Below, in pieces: positions 37,416-39,918 of a stretch of DNA of 39,918 nt (positions are counted from its first letter, which is position 1; the number at the start of each line of letters is the position of its first letter). A model generated the notes under the pieces. The model was not told where the DNA came from. It saw only the letters and a program-made list of their open reading frames with translations, and did not search any database. The stretch lies in contig JASJQH010006916.1 of assembly GCA_040143965.1 (NCBI GenBank), positions 1-39,918 on the forward strand, read 5' to 3'. The translations under genes and the position numbers were made by a program. The DNA is from Basidiobolus ranarum (taxonomy: Eukaryota).

Positions 37416-38957
37416 ATGTCTTTCGAAACCATACCTATTTCTACAGTGAATAAATCTACTTTGGATATCCAAGTTATAAGTGTATCGTCTGGTGAATCAA
37501 ATGAACCAGACCCTCCACGTACCATGGGCGTTTTCACAGGTGCCTCAATGGTAGTAGGATCGATGGTAGGGTCAGGAATACTTTCAACTCCTGCGTTTAT
37601 ACTAAGTTTGGTTGGATCACCAGGAGCTGCACTTTTGCTCTGGGTTCTTGGTGCTATAATTACTTTAGGAGGGGCTTTGGCCTATGTTGAGATGGGAGTA
37701 ATGTGGCCACAAAATGGAGGCACACAACATTATTTAGCACACGCATACCCTAAACCAAAGACTATGCTATCATATACGTTTATTTGGTGCACTCTATTTG
37801 CAGACCAGCCGGCCGCTATTGCAGCTAATACTGCTGTATTCGGAAAGTTTGTCTTGTTCGCAATATACGGTAGTCCTGTTGAACATACAGCCGCGCCAAA
37901 CGGATGGCTATCCAGGTCCATTGGATTATTCGCTATTACGTTATTGTTAGTTTTAAACTCGTTTTCAGTTAAGGCAGCTCAACGGTTTCACACTTCTCTA
38001 ACAACAGTAAAGATTCTGATATTGTTAGTGATTTGTTTATCGGGTTTGCTGGCACTTGCGGGTGTTATTAAAGTTCCAGAAGAAGCAAGACAAAACTGGT
38101 CTCATCCATTTGCCAATACCAACATGAATGTTGGATCTACTGCATCGGCTTTGCAGAAAGTTTTTTGGGGATACGGTGGGTGGAGTACCTTATGCTACAG
38201 CCTGGGAGAGTTACGAGATCCTAGCAAGAATATGCCCAGAGCAACTACGTTGGGGGTGGGCCTTACGTCGATTCTATATATCACCGCAAATATTGGGTTT
38301 TTTGCTGTGGTACCACTGGCGCTTGCGTTGGAATCCAAAGAAATTTTAGCTGCCGAGTTTACGTACATAGTCTTTGGTAATTATGCTGGAAGAATTGTTT
38401 TACCAGTATTGATTGCCATATCAATACTTGGCTCCCTCAGCGCTCAAATATACACTGGAGCACGGATTACAGTTAGTGCAGCAAAAAGTCGTTTTATTCC
38501 ATGTTCACAGCGCATATCTCTTTTGCATCCGGTATATGGGACTCCGGTAGCTGCCTTATTCTTTAATTGTTCAATGATTTTGCTCTATCTACTTGCTTCA
38601 CCGCCTGGAGATACTTTTAATTTCCTTACTGGCTTTGTTCAATATCCCAATCGATTCTTCTATGGAATGTCCGTACTGGGGTGTTTACTACTAAGGCGCT
38701 ACCTACCTCATCACCCTAGAAGAACGTTTAGAGCAAGTAACGTGTTGATCGTTTCTTTTGTTATAACAAGCATATTTTTGGTTGTCTTTCCCTTCTTCCC
38801 TCCTGCAATATCCGTGACAAATTCTTTATACCCATACTGGTTATCACCAGTCCTGGGACTTTTAGTTTTAGTTGTTAGTATAATCATGTGGTACGCAAGA
38901 ATGGTTTGGTGGCCAAGGAAAACTCTAGTCGATAGTAAAGAAAGTATTGGCAGTTGA
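37416..38957 (+). CDS. APC-superfamily L-amino-acid permease (LAT/Mup1-like), intronless
   Basis: GSMVGSGILSTP, GALAYVEMG...GG...YL, WGYGGW...GELRDPSKNMPR and GTPVAAL; about 12 hydrophobic segments. Confidence 0.88.
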   Translation: MSFETIPISTVNKSTLDIQVISVSSGESNEPDPPRTMGVFTGASMVVGSMVGSGILSTPAFILSLVGSPGAALLLWVLGAIITLGGALAYVEMGVMWPQNGGTQHYLAHAYPKPKTMLSYTFIWCTLFADQPAAIAANTAVFGKFVLFAIYGSPVEHTAAPNGWLSRSIGLFAITLLLVLNSFSVKAAQRFHTSLTTVKILILLVICLSGLLALAGVIKVPEEARQNWSHPFANTNMNVGSTASALQKVFWGYGGWSTLCYSLGELRDPSKNMPRATTLGVGLTSILYITANIGFFAVVPLALALESKEILAAEFTYIVFGNYAGRIVLPVLIAISILGSLSAQIYTGARITVSAAKSRFIPCSQRISLLHPVYGTPVAALFFNCSMILLYLLASPPGDTFNFLTGFVQYPNRFFYGMSVLGCLLLRRYLPHHPRRTFRASNVLIVSFVITSIFLVVFPFFPPAISVTNSLYPYWLSPVLGLLVLVVSIIMWYARMVWWPRKTLVDSKESIGS

Positions 38958-39473
38958 ATCAAGAGTTAAAGACGGTTGAGTATTGGCAGGTAAATCAAAA
39001 ATACTAAGCAGTTGAATTAATAATAAAAAATTAAACTAGTTTCCTCTTTTGCCCAAATGTACCAAATATAAAAGCATCACCATTCATAGTAGGTTCTTTG
39101 AATCACACAATTAACTCACCACCGATCCGGTGATCCTTTGGTTGAAACGTGTAAGCACTTTCTGGGGAATTCATTGCTATTGGTAGCGGCTGGATAGATT
39201 CGCATATTCAGGAAAATTACCACGCCACTCAAGTATGCGATGCCCTATGGAGCAGCCCTTAATTAAACAGTGTCAGACAATACATTTCTCAATGCTACTA
39301 AAAGACCACTGAATGATATAAAAATCCTACCTTCCAAGAATTTGACACTGTTAACATGTGCTTTGGTAGGAAGTGAAGTGGCTGGAGCCAGTCTCTCAAT
39401 CTGCCAAAGTTTTTTAAATGCTAAACAAACAGAAAGCTTATTATTTGACTGAACTTCATTATAATAAATAAAT

Positions 39474-39703
39474 GATACTTTTAATTTCCTTAGTGGATTT
39501 GTTCAATATCCCAATTGGTTCTTCTATGGAATGTCAGTACTGGTGTGTCTGCTACCTCGGCGTCATCTACCTCACCACCCTAGAAGAATGTTTAGAGCAA
39601 ATGAAGTATTTATGATTGCTTTTGTCATCACAAGAATACTTCTGGCTGTCTTTCCCTTCTTCCCTCCAGTGACATCCATGGTAAATTCTTCATATCCATA
39701 CTG
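39474..39703 (+). pseudogene. Truncated paralogous fragment of the adjacent amino-acid permease
   Basis: Ungapped match to 38610-38839 (DTFNFLSGFVQYPNWFFYGMSV...FPFFPPVTSMVNSSYPY vs DTFNFLTGFVQYPNRFFYGMSV...FPFFPPAISVTNSLYPY). No upstream or downstream coding continuation. Confidence 0.85.
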
Positions 39704-39918
39704 TCACAATAAGGAACTGGACAAGGACTCAAAACAATGACAAGTGTCATGATTCTGATCTCGGCATACTGATCCACTGCATATGGAACTCTTCTATTAT
39801 TAGATTGTGACATCATATCTACTGTGCCATCCCTTCTTGGCAATCTGGTGTCAGTTCATCCAGATTACCTTATATGGAAGTCATGTTCTTTGGAACATTC
39901 CATGAAACTTGACCAATC

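Overview
Eukaryotic, AT-rich nuclear DNA with short (about 55-190 nt) spliceosomal introns. Gene content and intron style point to an early-diverging fungus (Zoopagomycota/Mucoromycota-like; inference). About 16 protein-coding genes can be reconstructed: PHO88/SND3, a mitochondrial DEAD-box helicase (Mrh4-like), TatD DNase, a multi-pass membrane protein fused to a HECT E3 domain, a candidate secreted micropeptide, an ENA-type P-type ATPase, an Ssp1/Sak1/CaMKK-like kinase, RAD14/XPA, a CS+Sel1+TM protein, an ankyrin protein, a CX5R phosphatase, a zinc-finger-Nudix fusion, CTU2, an E. coli-type deoC, an ACS-family MFS transporter and an APC/LAT amino-acid permease with a truncated duplicate. The most notable items are: (1) an AT-AC U12-type (minor spliceosome) intron in TatD, nested inside a possible GT-AG alternative; (2) an intronless polytopic-membrane HECT ligase; (3) an unexplained structured RNA-like segment at about 16.0-16.2 kb, bracketed by five copies of a palindromic TCCATT-N4-AATGGA motif. 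All calls come from reading motifs by eye; no searches or folding programs were run.
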